This document shows, in pieces, positions 20,229-29,179 of a DNA stretch of 59,764 nucleotides. Each line of letters begins with the position of its first letter. The stretch's first letter is position 1. Under the pieces are notes generated by a model. That model was not told the origin of the DNA, made no database searches, and saw only the letters and a program-made list of their open reading frames with translations. The translations under genes were made by a program, and so were the position numbers. This stretch comes from a virus (Duplodnaviria > Caudoviricetes), in the IMG/VR virus record IMGVR_UViG_3300028008_001583, positions 1 through 59,764 of that record, one strand, 5' to 3'.

Positions 20229-21218
20229 GTGGCAGATCCAGCAGTATATAATGCAGTACTAAATGAAAGCAAATGCATTCAAGAAAAAATACAAGATGAA
20301 CAATTAGCAGCGGCTCTAGCAGCACTTGCTAGCGATCCTGCAGATTCGTCAAACTGGGGGCTTTTGCCTCTACTAGAAAGTCCTACTGGATGCTTATGTG
20401 TACTAGACAGTGACGCAAATCGTTTAAGATGCGGCGCAGGCTGCACATGGACAGTCCCGGCAGGAACGTCAAAAGTACAATTCCAATTATGGGGCCCAGG
20501 CGCACATACAAACAATGGAATGTGTTGCGCAGGTTCACCATCGGGTGCTAACGGCGCATATGCAACTGTTATTATTGATGCTACTCCTGGAGATAGTTAT
20601 ACATTATGTGCAGGATGCGCTGCATGTTGTTATGGGTATTGTTCACAAGGTCACATCGCTTGTGGTAGCAGCACATATGTAAACGGTAACGGTATTAGTG
20701 GTCTTTGCGCGGAAAGCGGCTACTCAAGAATTTCATGTGGTATGAAAGATTTGCATGGTTCAATTAGTCAATGTAGATGGCGCGGACAAGGTTCAAGCGA
20801 TCAATCAGGACCGTGTATTTGCGGAAGCGGAGGATGGTATTGTTTTGATAATTCATGTGCATCATGTGGAGAGGTTCCGTTTACTCCGTCAAATGATAAT
20901 ACATATGCTGGCACTTCGACTTCAGGAACAGTTTACGGCTTACCGGCTATTTGGGCAGGAGGCTGCTTTGATACTAACCATTACGGATATATGAAATCAC
21001 CTCCTGTGATTGGACCGTGTCATACAGTTCAATCAAACTCAGAATGTTGCTACAGCTTTAGCAGTGGCAGCTGCTGTGGTGGTTGTCGTTGTAGAGCAAG
21101 CGACGGTCACAGACGTTATCCGGGCGCAGGCGGAACATATACACATATGATGGGCGGATCAATGTACTGGTCAGGCGACTATGGGCGCGGTGGCATGGTA
21201 AGAGTAACTTGGTGTTAA
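20229..21218 (+). CDS. Cys/Gly-rich adhesin-like tail tip protein
   Basis: WTVPAG...FQLWGPGA...GAY...PGAGG...GRGGMVRVTW Gly-rich domain; 30 Cys by hand count; GTG start with AGGAG. Confidence 0.65.
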   Translation: MADPAVYNAVLNESKCIQEKIQDEQLAAALAALASDPADSSNWGLLPLLESPTGCLCVLDSDANRLRCGAGCTWTVPAGTSKVQFQLWGPGAHTNNGMCCAGSPSGANGAYATVIIDATPGDSYTLCAGCAACCYGYCSQGHIACGSSTYVNGNGISGLCAESGYSRISCGMKDLHGSISQCRWRGQGSSDQSGPCICGSGGWYCFDNSCASCGEVPFTPSNDNTYAGTSTSGTVYGLPAIWAGGCFDTNHYGYMKSPPVIGPCHTVQSNSECCYSFSSGSCCGGCRCRASDGHRRYPGAGGTYTHMMGGSMYWSGDYGRGGMVRVTWC

Positions 21219-21232
21219 AAGGAAAATAAATT

Positions 21233-21871
21233 ATGGAAAAAACATTTACAGTAAACGTTCCGGACGATCTTTGGGTAGATGCCTGGACAGAAAACAAAAC
21301 AACTGATTATACATATAACGGTCCGGCGACTTTACATGTAGTTGTTAGAACAATCGATGGTTTTGATATAGTTAGTTGGGGAGAAACTGCTCCAACTGCT
21401 ATTAATGAAGACATTGAACAAGTAGTAGAGCTTGATGCTAACACTGATACTGGTGTTGCATGGACAATGATACATGAAGGAGATGATTGGGATTATACAT
21501 ATACTACTGTAACCAATCATGATGATTCGACTCATGAAGAAACGAATAATCCTAAACTGACTGATATTTATGAAGCAGTATGGTCTCCGGGTGACGGATT
21601 TGCATTAGCTCCTATCTATAAAGAGACAGAGACGATGGCCGAAAGAACAGCCAAAGAACGTAAATCATATGTTGTAAAGTACGATGACGCTTATGACTTT
21701 GACGCAGATACGCAAGCAGTAATTGATCAATTTAAAACTGATATGGATGCTTATCTAGCAACAATGGCTACAGCTTATCCTTGGAGATACGTAACTATTG
21801 ATCATAGTGCTATTCCAAAAGTTCCTGCATCATTAGTAGCTACGTTCAATACTCTGCCTGACATAGCTTAA
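21233..21871 (+). CDS. Acidic hypothetical protein, possible fibre assembly chaperone
   Basis: Sits between the two adhesin-like genes; C-terminal helix followed by YPW...IPKVP. Confidence 0.45.
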   Translation: MEKTFTVNVPDDLWVDAWTENKTTDYTYNGPATLHVVVRTIDGFDIVSWGETAPTAINEDIEQVVELDANTDTGVAWTMIHEGDDWDYTYTTVTNHDDSTHEETNNPKLTDIYEAVWSPGDGFALAPIYKETETMAERTAKERKSYVVKYDDAYDFDADTQAVIDQFKTDMDAYLATMATAYPWRYVTIDHSAIPKVPASLVATFNTLPDIA

Positions 21872-21881
21872 GGAGAAATTA

Positions 21882-22979
21882 ATGAGTGACGTAATTTTAT
21901 ACGCAGCAATTAAAGAAAACGAACGCTTGCAAAGAGAACTTATAGAGCTTTGCGCAGGAGGCGGCGGATCGTTTGATTATACTCAACCTGCTCCTGCAGG
22001 TTATCCGTATAATTCAGGATCAACAGGTGGCGGCGGAGGCGGAAACGAATTCTCATCTACCCCTAGTATTGTAACAAGCTGGATCAATAACTTGTGTCCT
22101 AAAGTTTGTCCGGCACAAACATATGGATTTAAAGTATGTGATAACAGCGGATATTATAGATGTAATAGAAACTGTAACTGGTCAGTGCCATCGGGTGTTT
22201 CAAATGTACAAGTTCAAATGTGGGGACCAGGCGCTGGCACCAGCGGTAACTGTTGCTGCGGCGGATCTCCATTTGGTCCAAGTGGTGCATACATGGTAAT
22301 GCAGTTTTGTGTTAATCAAAGTGAAACATATTGCTTTTGTTCAGGATGTGCATACTGCTGCTGGGGAGAGCAAACAACTCCAGGCATTTGTGGCACACCT
22401 ACTTGGTTTAACTCAACATCAGGTATTCAAGCTTGTGTTGATAGTGGTATTAGTTGCTTTTGTTACTGGAACGAAGATTTAAAATCAAATACTGCAACTT
22501 GCGGACACAGAATTCCAGATCCAGATCTAGCAGGATCAGGATCTTGCTCAGCGAATAGATGCTCCGGTTGGAATTTTTGTTATGATGACTGGGAAGATGA
22601 ATCAAGAGCATGTCACGCATTTGCAAGTAGAACAACTTTTCACGTACAGAGTCAAGCAAGTGATGGCAGAGAGATTACAAAATACGGGCTTAATGGTTTA
22701 TGGCCTGCACATTGTACAGGCGGTTCAGGCAGTTGCTTACATAGTAGCACAGGCTATTCAACTCCGGTATTTGGATTTGAAAATTGTGTATGTACCGCAA
22801 CATACACAGGCAGTGACATGAACGAAGGTCAAAGAGGATGCTATTGGAACGCACCAAACGGCTATATGAGAATTCCAGGCGCAGGCGGATATCACACTTA
22901 TAGCTGTGGCGGAGGCAATGCATGTCAGGGCGACTCAGGACGCATGGGCATGATTTGTGTAAGCTGGGAGTGCAACTAA
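21882..22979 (+). CDS. Cys/Gly-rich adhesin-like tail tip protein (paralog of 20229)
   Basis: WSVPSG...VQMWGPGA...CCCGGSP...PGAGG...GRMGMICVSW; 33 Cys by hand count. Confidence 0.65.
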   Translation: MSDVILYAAIKENERLQRELIELCAGGGGSFDYTQPAPAGYPYNSGSTGGGGGGNEFSSTPSIVTSWINNLCPKVCPAQTYGFKVCDNSGYYRCNRNCNWSVPSGVSNVQVQMWGPGAGTSGNCCCGGSPFGPSGAYMVMQFCVNQSETYCFCSGCAYCCWGEQTTPGICGTPTWFNSTSGIQACVDSGISCFCYWNEDLKSNTATCGHRIPDPDLAGSGSCSANRCSGWNFCYDDWEDESRACHAFASRTTFHVQSQASDGREITKYGLNGLWPAHCTGGSGSCLHSSTGYSTPVFGFENCVCTATYTGSDMNEGQRGCYWNAPNGYMRIPGAGGYHTYSCGGGNACQGDSGRMGMICVSWECN

Positions 22980-22986
22980 TTAAAGC

Positions 22987-23015
22987 TTGACAACTTAATC
23001 ATCTAGTGTTATACT
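22987..23015 (+). promoter_or_regulatory. Sigma70-type promoter of the modification cluster
   Basis: TTGACA, 17 bp spacer, TATACT with TG extension. Confidence 0.85.
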
Positions 23016-23043
23016 TTAGTAATAAAGGACACTAGATGATTAA
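22995..23043. repeat. Perfect 15-bp inverted repeat enclosing the -10 box, RBS and start codon
   Basis: TTAATCATCTAGTGT (22995-23009) / ACACTAGATGATTAA (23029-23043). Confidence 0.9.
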
Positions 23044-23617
23044 AAATTTATTTCCAACTCCAGTAAAATTTTCTAATTTAACACTATCGACAGCTCTTTT
23101 ACAACAAGAAGTAAAAGAGCTGTTTTCTCTTGGCTACGGTAGTGATTTAAAAAGCGGAGTAAACGGAACGCGACTAGATATAACAAATGAGTTGTTAGAA
23201 GAAAAAAAGCCGCAAACTATTATTAAACTACTAACACACATACAAGAAGAAGTTTATAACTATTGCAAAGAAGTCAATATCAAACCACAGTATATAACAC
23301 AATCGTGGATAAATGTAAACCCAAAAAATTCTATTAATGTAAGACATAGTCATCCAGGAAGTGTGCTAAGTGGAGCATACTATATGAAATATCCTACAGA
23401 TGCAAACAGTCCTTTAAGCTTTTATCGCAGCAGAGAATTTTCAGATTATGGGTGGAGCTCAATGTCTTTAGATCAAAATATTGAGCTGCAATCAATTTTT
23501 AAGTATTTTCCTGTTGACAATGATCTAGTTATTTTTCCTAGTTTTGTAGAACATGATGTATTGCCTAATCAGAGTAACGAAGACAGGATTAGTTTATCCT
23601 TTAACACTTCACCGTAG
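23036..23617 (+). CDS. Putative 2OG-Fe(II) oxygenase (TIGR02466-like)
   Basis: SWINVN...HSHPGSVLSGAYY...LVIFPSFVEHDV..N....RISLSFN. Confidence 0.85.
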   Translation: MIKNLFPTPVKFSNLTLSTALLQQEVKELFSLGYGSDLKSGVNGTRLDITNELLEEKKPQTIIKLLTHIQEEVYNYCKEVNIKPQYITQSWINVNPKNSINVRHSHPGSVLSGAYYMKYPTDANSPLSFYRSREFSDYGWSSMSLDQNIELQSIFKYFPVDNDLVIFPSFVEHDVLPNQSNEDRISLSFNTSP

Positions 23618-23675
23618 CCAGAATTAAAATTTTTTACATAAAATAAAAATATATACTATGCATAGAGGAGTATTT

Positions 23676-24650
23676 ATGAAGAAAGCGTTTTTTATTAACG
23701 GCGGAGCAGGCCGTGTATTATGCAGTATACCTGCATTAGAATATTACAAAGAAAATATTGATTCTGATGTAGTAATAGTATCCGAAGCATGGCACGAACT
23801 GTTTTTATCTTCGTCGCTTAGAAGTAATGTTTGGCCAGCTGGCAGTAAAGATTTATTTCAAACAGTTTTGAAAGATAGAGAAATTATAAGTCCAGAACCT
23901 TACAGACTAAATGCTTATTTTAATCAACGTGTTAATCTAATACAAGCGTTTGACATGTTAATTAATGATGTAGATGAAAATGTTGCTATAAAAGAAATAA
24001 ATTTAGATTTAGGAAAAGCAGATCAAATCTACGGTTATAATTTAATTAATCAAGTTAAAATGCAGATGAAAAAAGATAAAGCAATTGTATTTCAACCTTT
24101 TGGCAGCGGAGTAAAAATAGATGGTAATTTTGTATTTGATGAAAGCGGCAGAAGTTTTGAATTATCAGATGTATTTAGAATTGTTGATGAATTAGCAAAA
24201 GACTACGCAGTTATTTTAATGACTAATTTAAAAATACCAACTGATAGACAGATGGGTGCAGCAATTCCAGAAGACGCAGGATTATTACAATGGATGGGTA
24301 TTGTAAATGCAGCAGACTATTTCCTTGGCTGTGATAGTATGGGTCAACATTATGCACATGCATTAGGTAAGCCGGCTACTGTAGTAATAGGCTCTACATT
24401 TCCAGAGAATATAAGTTATCCTGGAAATAAAGACTTTACAATCATTGATAGTGGCAAAGAAAACAGAGTTTATGTACCATATAGAGTTACTTCTGATCCG
24501 GCATCAGAAAGACATAATGAAGATAATATGATATTAAGCGATGAAAATTATAAGAAAATAATGAAAAGTATAAAAGATAAATTAGGAAAACCTATTTCTA
24601 AAAATAGTTTTCCATTAGCTAATAAACCAAAAGTAATCGGAGAAAAATAA
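23676..24650 (+). CDS. GT-B glycosyltransferase, GT9/heptosyltransferase-like (start corrected to ATG 23676)
   Basis: GGAGRVLCSIPAL N-terminus; IVFQPFG; ADYFLGCDSMGQHYAHALGKPATVVIG; SD GAGGAG. Confidence 0.75.
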   Translation: MKKAFFINGGAGRVLCSIPALEYYKENIDSDVVIVSEAWHELFLSSSLRSNVWPAGSKDLFQTVLKDREIISPEPYRLNAYFNQRVNLIQAFDMLINDVDENVAIKEINLDLGKADQIYGYNLINQVKMQMKKDKAIVFQPFGSGVKIDGNFVFDESGRSFELSDVFRIVDELAKDYAVILMTNLKIPTDRQMGAAIPEDAGLLQWMGIVNAADYFLGCDSMGQHYAHALGKPATVVIGSTFPENISYPGNKDFTIIDSGKENRVYVPYRVTSDPASERHNEDNMILSDENYKKIMKSIKDKLGKPISKNSFPLANKPKVIGEK

Positions 24651-24652
24651 CT

Positions 24653-26455
24653 ATGTCATCAGGATACATTTTAGGAATTTCAAGAGGCCATAATGCAGGC
24701 GTATGTCTACTTAAAGATGGCCAAATTGTTTTTGCTAGTGAAGAAGAAAGATTTACTCGTCACAAATACGACGGCGGCCCGTTGGCAACGATGATGAAAG
24801 TAAAAGAATACACTGATAAAATTGACGCTATTGTTGTGTGTCATACTACAGATTTAAAAGATGGACCTAAGATAGAATATACTGGTGATAATCTTTATTC
24901 TGGATTAGCTAGAAAAATGGGGTTGATTGATCGAAAAGCTGATATACATAGACACCCGCAGTGTATAGACGTCTCTAATCTTCACCATAAAGTACATGCT
25001 GCTTGTGCGTTTTATCGTTCTGGGTTTGACGAAGCTGTTGCTGTCGTTATCGACGGCGCAGGGTCAGCAATGACTGGAGAGACGCAAGACGGTCCTGTAA
25101 CATTATGGGAAGTAGAAAGTATATACGATTGCTCTTATCCAGACAATATTAAAACATTATATAAACATTATGGTTGTAGAGATCCTATTGTTACTGCTAT
25201 TAATCCTAAAACTAATGGAGAACAATTTGGCGATGCACCGGGCCATACATTTACATCGGTTGTTTCAGGACATGCAGGTATTACAAAAGTCTATGAAGCA
25301 GTAACTCAGTATTGCGGATTTCAAGCAATTGAAGCAGGAAAAACAATGGGATTGTTTCCGTACGGAGCCGAAAATGAAAATATTCCTAAATTGTTTACAA
25401 CAGATACAAAAATTCCATTATCTAATCGTACTATGATAGTTCCAACATATCCAAATGGTGCTATTGTAAATCATTATAATTATGATGAATTATCGCCTAG
25501 TCCAACGGGTGACGAGACTGATTGGACCGAATACCAAAATAGAAGAGATTTAGCGTATGCTTGTCAAACACAAACACAAGAACAATCACTTGATATAATA
25601 CTTTCCGCAGTTAAAATGTCTGGTAAGAAGAAAGTAGTGTTAAGTGGAGGATACGGATTAAATTGCGTAGCAAACTACTGGTATTTGAATAGATTAAATG
25701 AAGAAGGTATCGAATTGTTTGTTGAGCCTATTTCAAACGACGGTGGAACGGCTATTGGAGCAGCTCTATTATACTATCATTCTGTAGAGCAGTCAGAGTT
25801 AAGACGACCTAGAGAGATATATTTAGGACCTCAATACAATTATACTGACGATGAAATTAATAAACTTGCCGAAGAATACAATGCAATTGTTGAAGATGCA
25901 ACAGACGAAAAAGTTATTGAGTTAATGACAAATAAAAATATTGTAGCAATGTTTCAAGGCAGAGCAGAAAATGGTCCTAGAGCATTAGGCAATAGAAGCT
26001 TAATGTTTGATCCAACATTTGAAGACGGCAAAGACTTTGTTAACGAAATTAAACGTAGAGAATATTTCCGCCCGTTTGCTGGGTCTATTCTTGCTGAAGA
26101 TGCACACGAATGGTTTGACCTACGCGGTATGGAAGATAGTCCGCATATGATGTATGCTGTTAACTGTCAGCCAGGGATTGCTGAAAAAATTCCTAGCATT
26201 ATTCATGTTGACGGAACTTGTAGGATACAAACAGTTAATGAAGAAGAAAATCCTCTTTATTATCGTGTGATCAAAGCATTTAAAGAAAAGACAGGAGTAC
26301 CAATCATCTTTAATACTAGTTTTAACCTTGGCGGCGAGCCACTAGTTGAAACACTCGAAGATGCACTTTGGACCTTAAGCGAAAGTAAGATTGAATATCT
26401 ATATTTGCCTGAATACGGAAAACTTCTTACAGTCGGAAATTGGACAATTGCTTGA
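24653..26455 (+). CDS. O-carbamoyltransferase (NodU/CmcH/TobZ family)
   Basis: EEERFTRHK, HHKVHA, VIDGAG, GKTMGL, SGGYGLNCVAN, GPRALGNRS, KRREYFRPFA, HVDGTCRIQTV, NTSFNLGGEPLVET. Confidence 0.95.
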   Translation: MSSGYILGISRGHNAGVCLLKDGQIVFASEEERFTRHKYDGGPLATMMKVKEYTDKIDAIVVCHTTDLKDGPKIEYTGDNLYSGLARKMGLIDRKADIHRHPQCIDVSNLHHKVHAACAFYRSGFDEAVAVVIDGAGSAMTGETQDGPVTLWEVESIYDCSYPDNIKTLYKHYGCRDPIVTAINPKTNGEQFGDAPGHTFTSVVSGHAGITKVYEAVTQYCGFQAIEAGKTMGLFPYGAENENIPKLFTTDTKIPLSNRTMIVPTYPNGAIVNHYNYDELSPSPTGDETDWTEYQNRRDLAYACQTQTQEQSLDIILSAVKMSGKKKVVLSGGYGLNCVANYWYLNRLNEEGIELFVEPISNDGGTAIGAALLYYHSVEQSELRRPREIYLGPQYNYTDDEINKLAEEYNAIVEDATDEKVIELMTNKNIVAMFQGRAENGPRALGNRSLMFDPTFEDGKDFVNEIKRREYFRPFAGSILAEDAHEWFDLRGMEDSPHMMYAVNCQPGIAEKIPSIIHVDGTCRIQTVNEEENPLYYRVIKAFKEKTGVPIIFNTSFNLGGEPLVETLEDALWTLSESKIEYLYLPEYGKLLTVGNWTIA

Positions 26456-27089
26456 TAAAGATATTGTCGAAGTAAGATTAGATAAATTTTTAATCTACTC
26501 AGCAAATAAACTAGACGGATACGGTTATCAGACAGCAGCTGATGCCGTATCTTGCTTTAAACACTTTTCAAAAGGCAAAAAATATAACCATTGTTTAGAG
26601 TGGTGTTCTGGCCCAGGATATTTAGGTTTTGGAACACTTAGTCAAGGCCTTACAAAAAAACTTACTTTGTTAGATATACACGAACCGAATAAATTTATAG
26701 TAGAAAAAAGTATTGAAAAAAATGATCTTAATAATTGTGCAGACTTTATTTTATCAAACAATTTTCAACAACATTTACCTAGCAGAAAATATGATTTAAT
26801 TATAGGTAATCCTCCTCATTTTTCTTTTGCTCCTACATATGGTAATATCGATCCAAACGAACATAGAAAATATCAAGACAAGGACTGGAAGATTCATAAA
26901 GATTTTTTTGACACAGTTAATGATTTTATTACCGACGATGTTGATATCATCTTAATGGAAAACACAAAGGGCAGTAATCCAGATACATTTAAAGAAATGA
27001 TCAATAGTAATAATTTAAAGATTGAAAATTATTGTCTAAGTGTAACTTATCCTAACGACATTTGGTATTTGCATGTTAAAAAAGATTAG
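26391..27089 (+). CDS. SAM-dependent methyltransferase, HemK/amino-MTase-like (true start probably near 26448)
   Basis: LEWCSGPGYLG motif I; DLIIGNPPHF motif IV. Confidence 0.8.
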   Translation: MNIYICLNTENFLQSEIGQLLDKDIVEVRLDKFLIYSANKLDGYGYQTAADAVSCFKHFSKGKKYNHCLEWCSGPGYLGFGTLSQGLTKKLTLLDIHEPNKFIVEKSIEKNDLNNCADFILSNNFQQHLPSRKYDLIIGNPPHFSFAPTYGNIDPNEHRKYQDKDWKIHKDFFDTVNDFITDDVDIILMENTKGSNPDTFKEMINSNNLKIENYCLSVTYPNDIWYLHVKKD

Positions 27090-27790
27090 ATAAATTCTTC
27101 TTCAAACCCGGCAGTTAAATCTAAAACTGCTTTATTCCTTATTGTATTAAAAAGTTTTTCTGCTAAAATTGGGTGATTGCGTTCTGATAAATGTCCTTCT
27201 CTTGGATCTCTTCCTTTTATCTTTTTCATCCAATCTAACCATGTATCCATACTTTTACCCTTTACTTCATTAATACAAGGATATAATAAACTACCTTTAA
27301 TTTGTATATTATTATTGACAAAATACGGTTCATTTTCAAAACCTGGTAAAATTAATAAATTTAAATTTTCTTTTTCTTTTAAAAAGTTTATAGCATAAAG
27401 AAGCCATTGAAATCTTATTGCATTTTGTGGATTATCTGTTAAGTGTTTGTTGTATAGATCTATAGCTTTAGATTGATCTTTAGTAACGTATTCGTCAACA
27501 CCCATTAGAATGTTTCCAACACCTTCATTTTCAGGAAAAAACCACTGTCGATTAATCTGGGTTGTTATAAAAATAATTGTATCATTTTCTTTATCAATTA
27601 ACGGTGAGTTATCTATAAATTGAAAGTATATCCATTCGTTAGCAACACCGTCTTCGCAAATATTATAAAAATTCTCATGACCAAGTTTTTTAGTAAGACT
27701 CCACATCCAATGCCAGTCTTTTAACTTGTCACCATCTCGATGAAATGTACCATAGCTATCACCGAATATCCAAAGTTTTCCTGCATTCAT
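27086..27790 (-). CDS. SGNH/GDSL hydrolase-like protein (start corrected to ATG 27790)
   Basis: WIFGDSY block I, G..NEWI, DPREGHLS..NH. Confidence 0.65.
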   Translation of the reverse strand: MNAGKLWIFGDSYGTFHRDGDKLKDWHWMWSLTKKLGHENFYNICEDGVANEWIYFQFIDNSPLIDKENDTIIFITTQINRQWFFPENEGVGNILMGVDEYVTKDQSKAIDLYNKHLTDNPQNAIRFQWLLYAINFLKEKENLNLLILPGFENEPYFVNNNIQIKGSLLYPCINEVKGKSMDTWLDWMKKIKGRDPREGHLSERNHPILAEKLFNTIRNKAVLDLTAGFEEEFI

Positions 27791-27815
27791 AATAATACTT
27801 ATATACAGTATGAGC

Positions 27816-27822
27816 ATAAATA
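27816..27822 (+). promoter_or_regulatory. T4-type late promoter, back-to-back with TAAGTA variant on minus strand (27796-27801)
   Basis: gcATAAATActata. Confidence 0.7.
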
Positions 27823-27843
27823 CTATAAATTGGAACCATATAA

Positions 27844-28248
27844 ATGTTTGATATTACAAGATACTTTACTAAAGGGCTAAAGACTAGCATTCAAATGAAA
27901 GACAACGGATCTTTCTCGCATAACGGACCTTGGAAACAAGTGTACACAGATACACAAATTGCAAGATGGCACAGCGGAGAATTTTCCAGCGCAGAGTTTA
28001 CGATAAGTGTCGACTTTAGTACTACACAAAAAGAAATTATAAAATGTATAGTATGTAATAGTACAGACTATGCTAGCTTAGTTGTTATTGGAAGAAGTAA
28101 CTTAGGTACCAATCTTGTTGAATTAAGTGCAAGTGTAAATTCGTCTTATGTGGATTTAAGTATAAGTCCTGCAGATGCATTATACGAAGGTGCCAAGTTT
28201 ATATACACTGCACAGTATTTTAGAAATCAAAATCCGGTAACTCCGTAA
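27844..28248 (+). CDS. Small virion protein
   Basis: Late promoter; FSSAEFTISV beta-rich pattern. Confidence 0.55.
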   Translation: MFDITRYFTKGLKTSIQMKDNGSFSHNGPWKQVYTDTQIARWHSGEFSSAEFTISVDFSTTQKEIIKCIVCNSTDYASLVVIGRSNLGTNLVELSASVNSSYVDLSISPADALYEGAKFIYTAQYFRNQNPVTP

Positions 28249-28260
28249 TTTATTTGATTG

Positions 28261-28267
28261 ATAAATA
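28261..28267 (+). promoter_or_regulatory. T4-type late promoter
   Basis: gATAAATActata, then SD GGAG. Confidence 0.7.
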
Positions 28268-28285
28268 CTATAGATGGAGTAATAG

Positions 28286-29176
28286 ATGTCAACAATAGTT
28301 AATACACCGTTTAGATCTAAATATGGATTTGAAAGCACAGGCTTCTTAGTAGACACTGAAGGCAATATTTCTGCCAAGTCTATAAGTTTAGTTGATGAAG
28401 CGCCTGCGCCTGACGATACTGATCTACCTGCTGATAGATCTTTTACTGAACAAGGCGGCAGTTTTAGAATTAGCGGCATAGGCAGTAATAATCCAGGCTT
28501 TACTGTTTTTCGAACAAAGACAACAACTATTGATTTAGATCTAAGTACTTTAACATTTAATATATATTCTGATTCTAGCTTTACAACCTTGTATAATAAT
28601 GGAATTATACATAGTGATGGTGATAGTGGAGTAGATGCCCAAGGCAAACAAGATGGAAGAATTTCTTGGACCATACCGCTTACTGCTCCTAATACATTAT
28701 ATTATGCAAATACTAGCGGCACTGTATCAGGAATTATTACAGTACAAAATGCTCCAAGTGCGTTTAGTGAAGTTTCTATCACCGGAACTACTCCTAGCAC
28801 AAGTACAACAACAGGAGCACTTACAGTATTAGGCGGAATTGGTGCTTCAGGAGATTTAAATCTTGGTGGTAATCTAAATATTCAAGGAGTAGGAATTCCT
28901 GCACTTAAATCGGGCACAAATTTAGATTTAGAAGCAGGAAATTCAATTGTTATTAGAGTTGATGACGTCCTCATAGGAAAAATTGAATCTTCAGGTTCTA
29001 CAGTGCCAGTGACCAGCACAACAATAAATAACACTACGATAGGTGCTACAGTACCGTCAACAGCAGCGTTTACTTCAGCAACAGTTAGCACTGAACCAGC
29101 AGTAGCAAATGCTGTAGCAAACAAACAATATGTAGATCGTACAGCAACAGCATTATCAATAGCATTTGGATTATAA
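28286..29176 (+). CDS. Tail fibre-like protein
   Basis: STSTTTGALTVLGGIG, INNTTIGAT, ANKQYVD, C-terminal ALSIAFGL. Confidence 0.7.
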   Translation: MSTIVNTPFRSKYGFESTGFLVDTEGNISAKSISLVDEAPAPDDTDLPADRSFTEQGGSFRISGIGSNNPGFTVFRTKTTTIDLDLSTLTFNIYSDSSFTTLYNNGIIHSDGDSGVDAQGKQDGRISWTIPLTAPNTLYYANTSGTVSGIITVQNAPSAFSEVSITGTTPSTSTTTGALTVLGGIGASGDLNLGGNLNIQGVGIPALKSGTNLDLEAGNSIVIRVDDVLIGKIESSGSTVPVTSTTINNTTIGATVPSTAAFTSATVSTEPAVANAVANKQYVDRTATALSIAFGL

Positions 29177-29179
29177 AAC

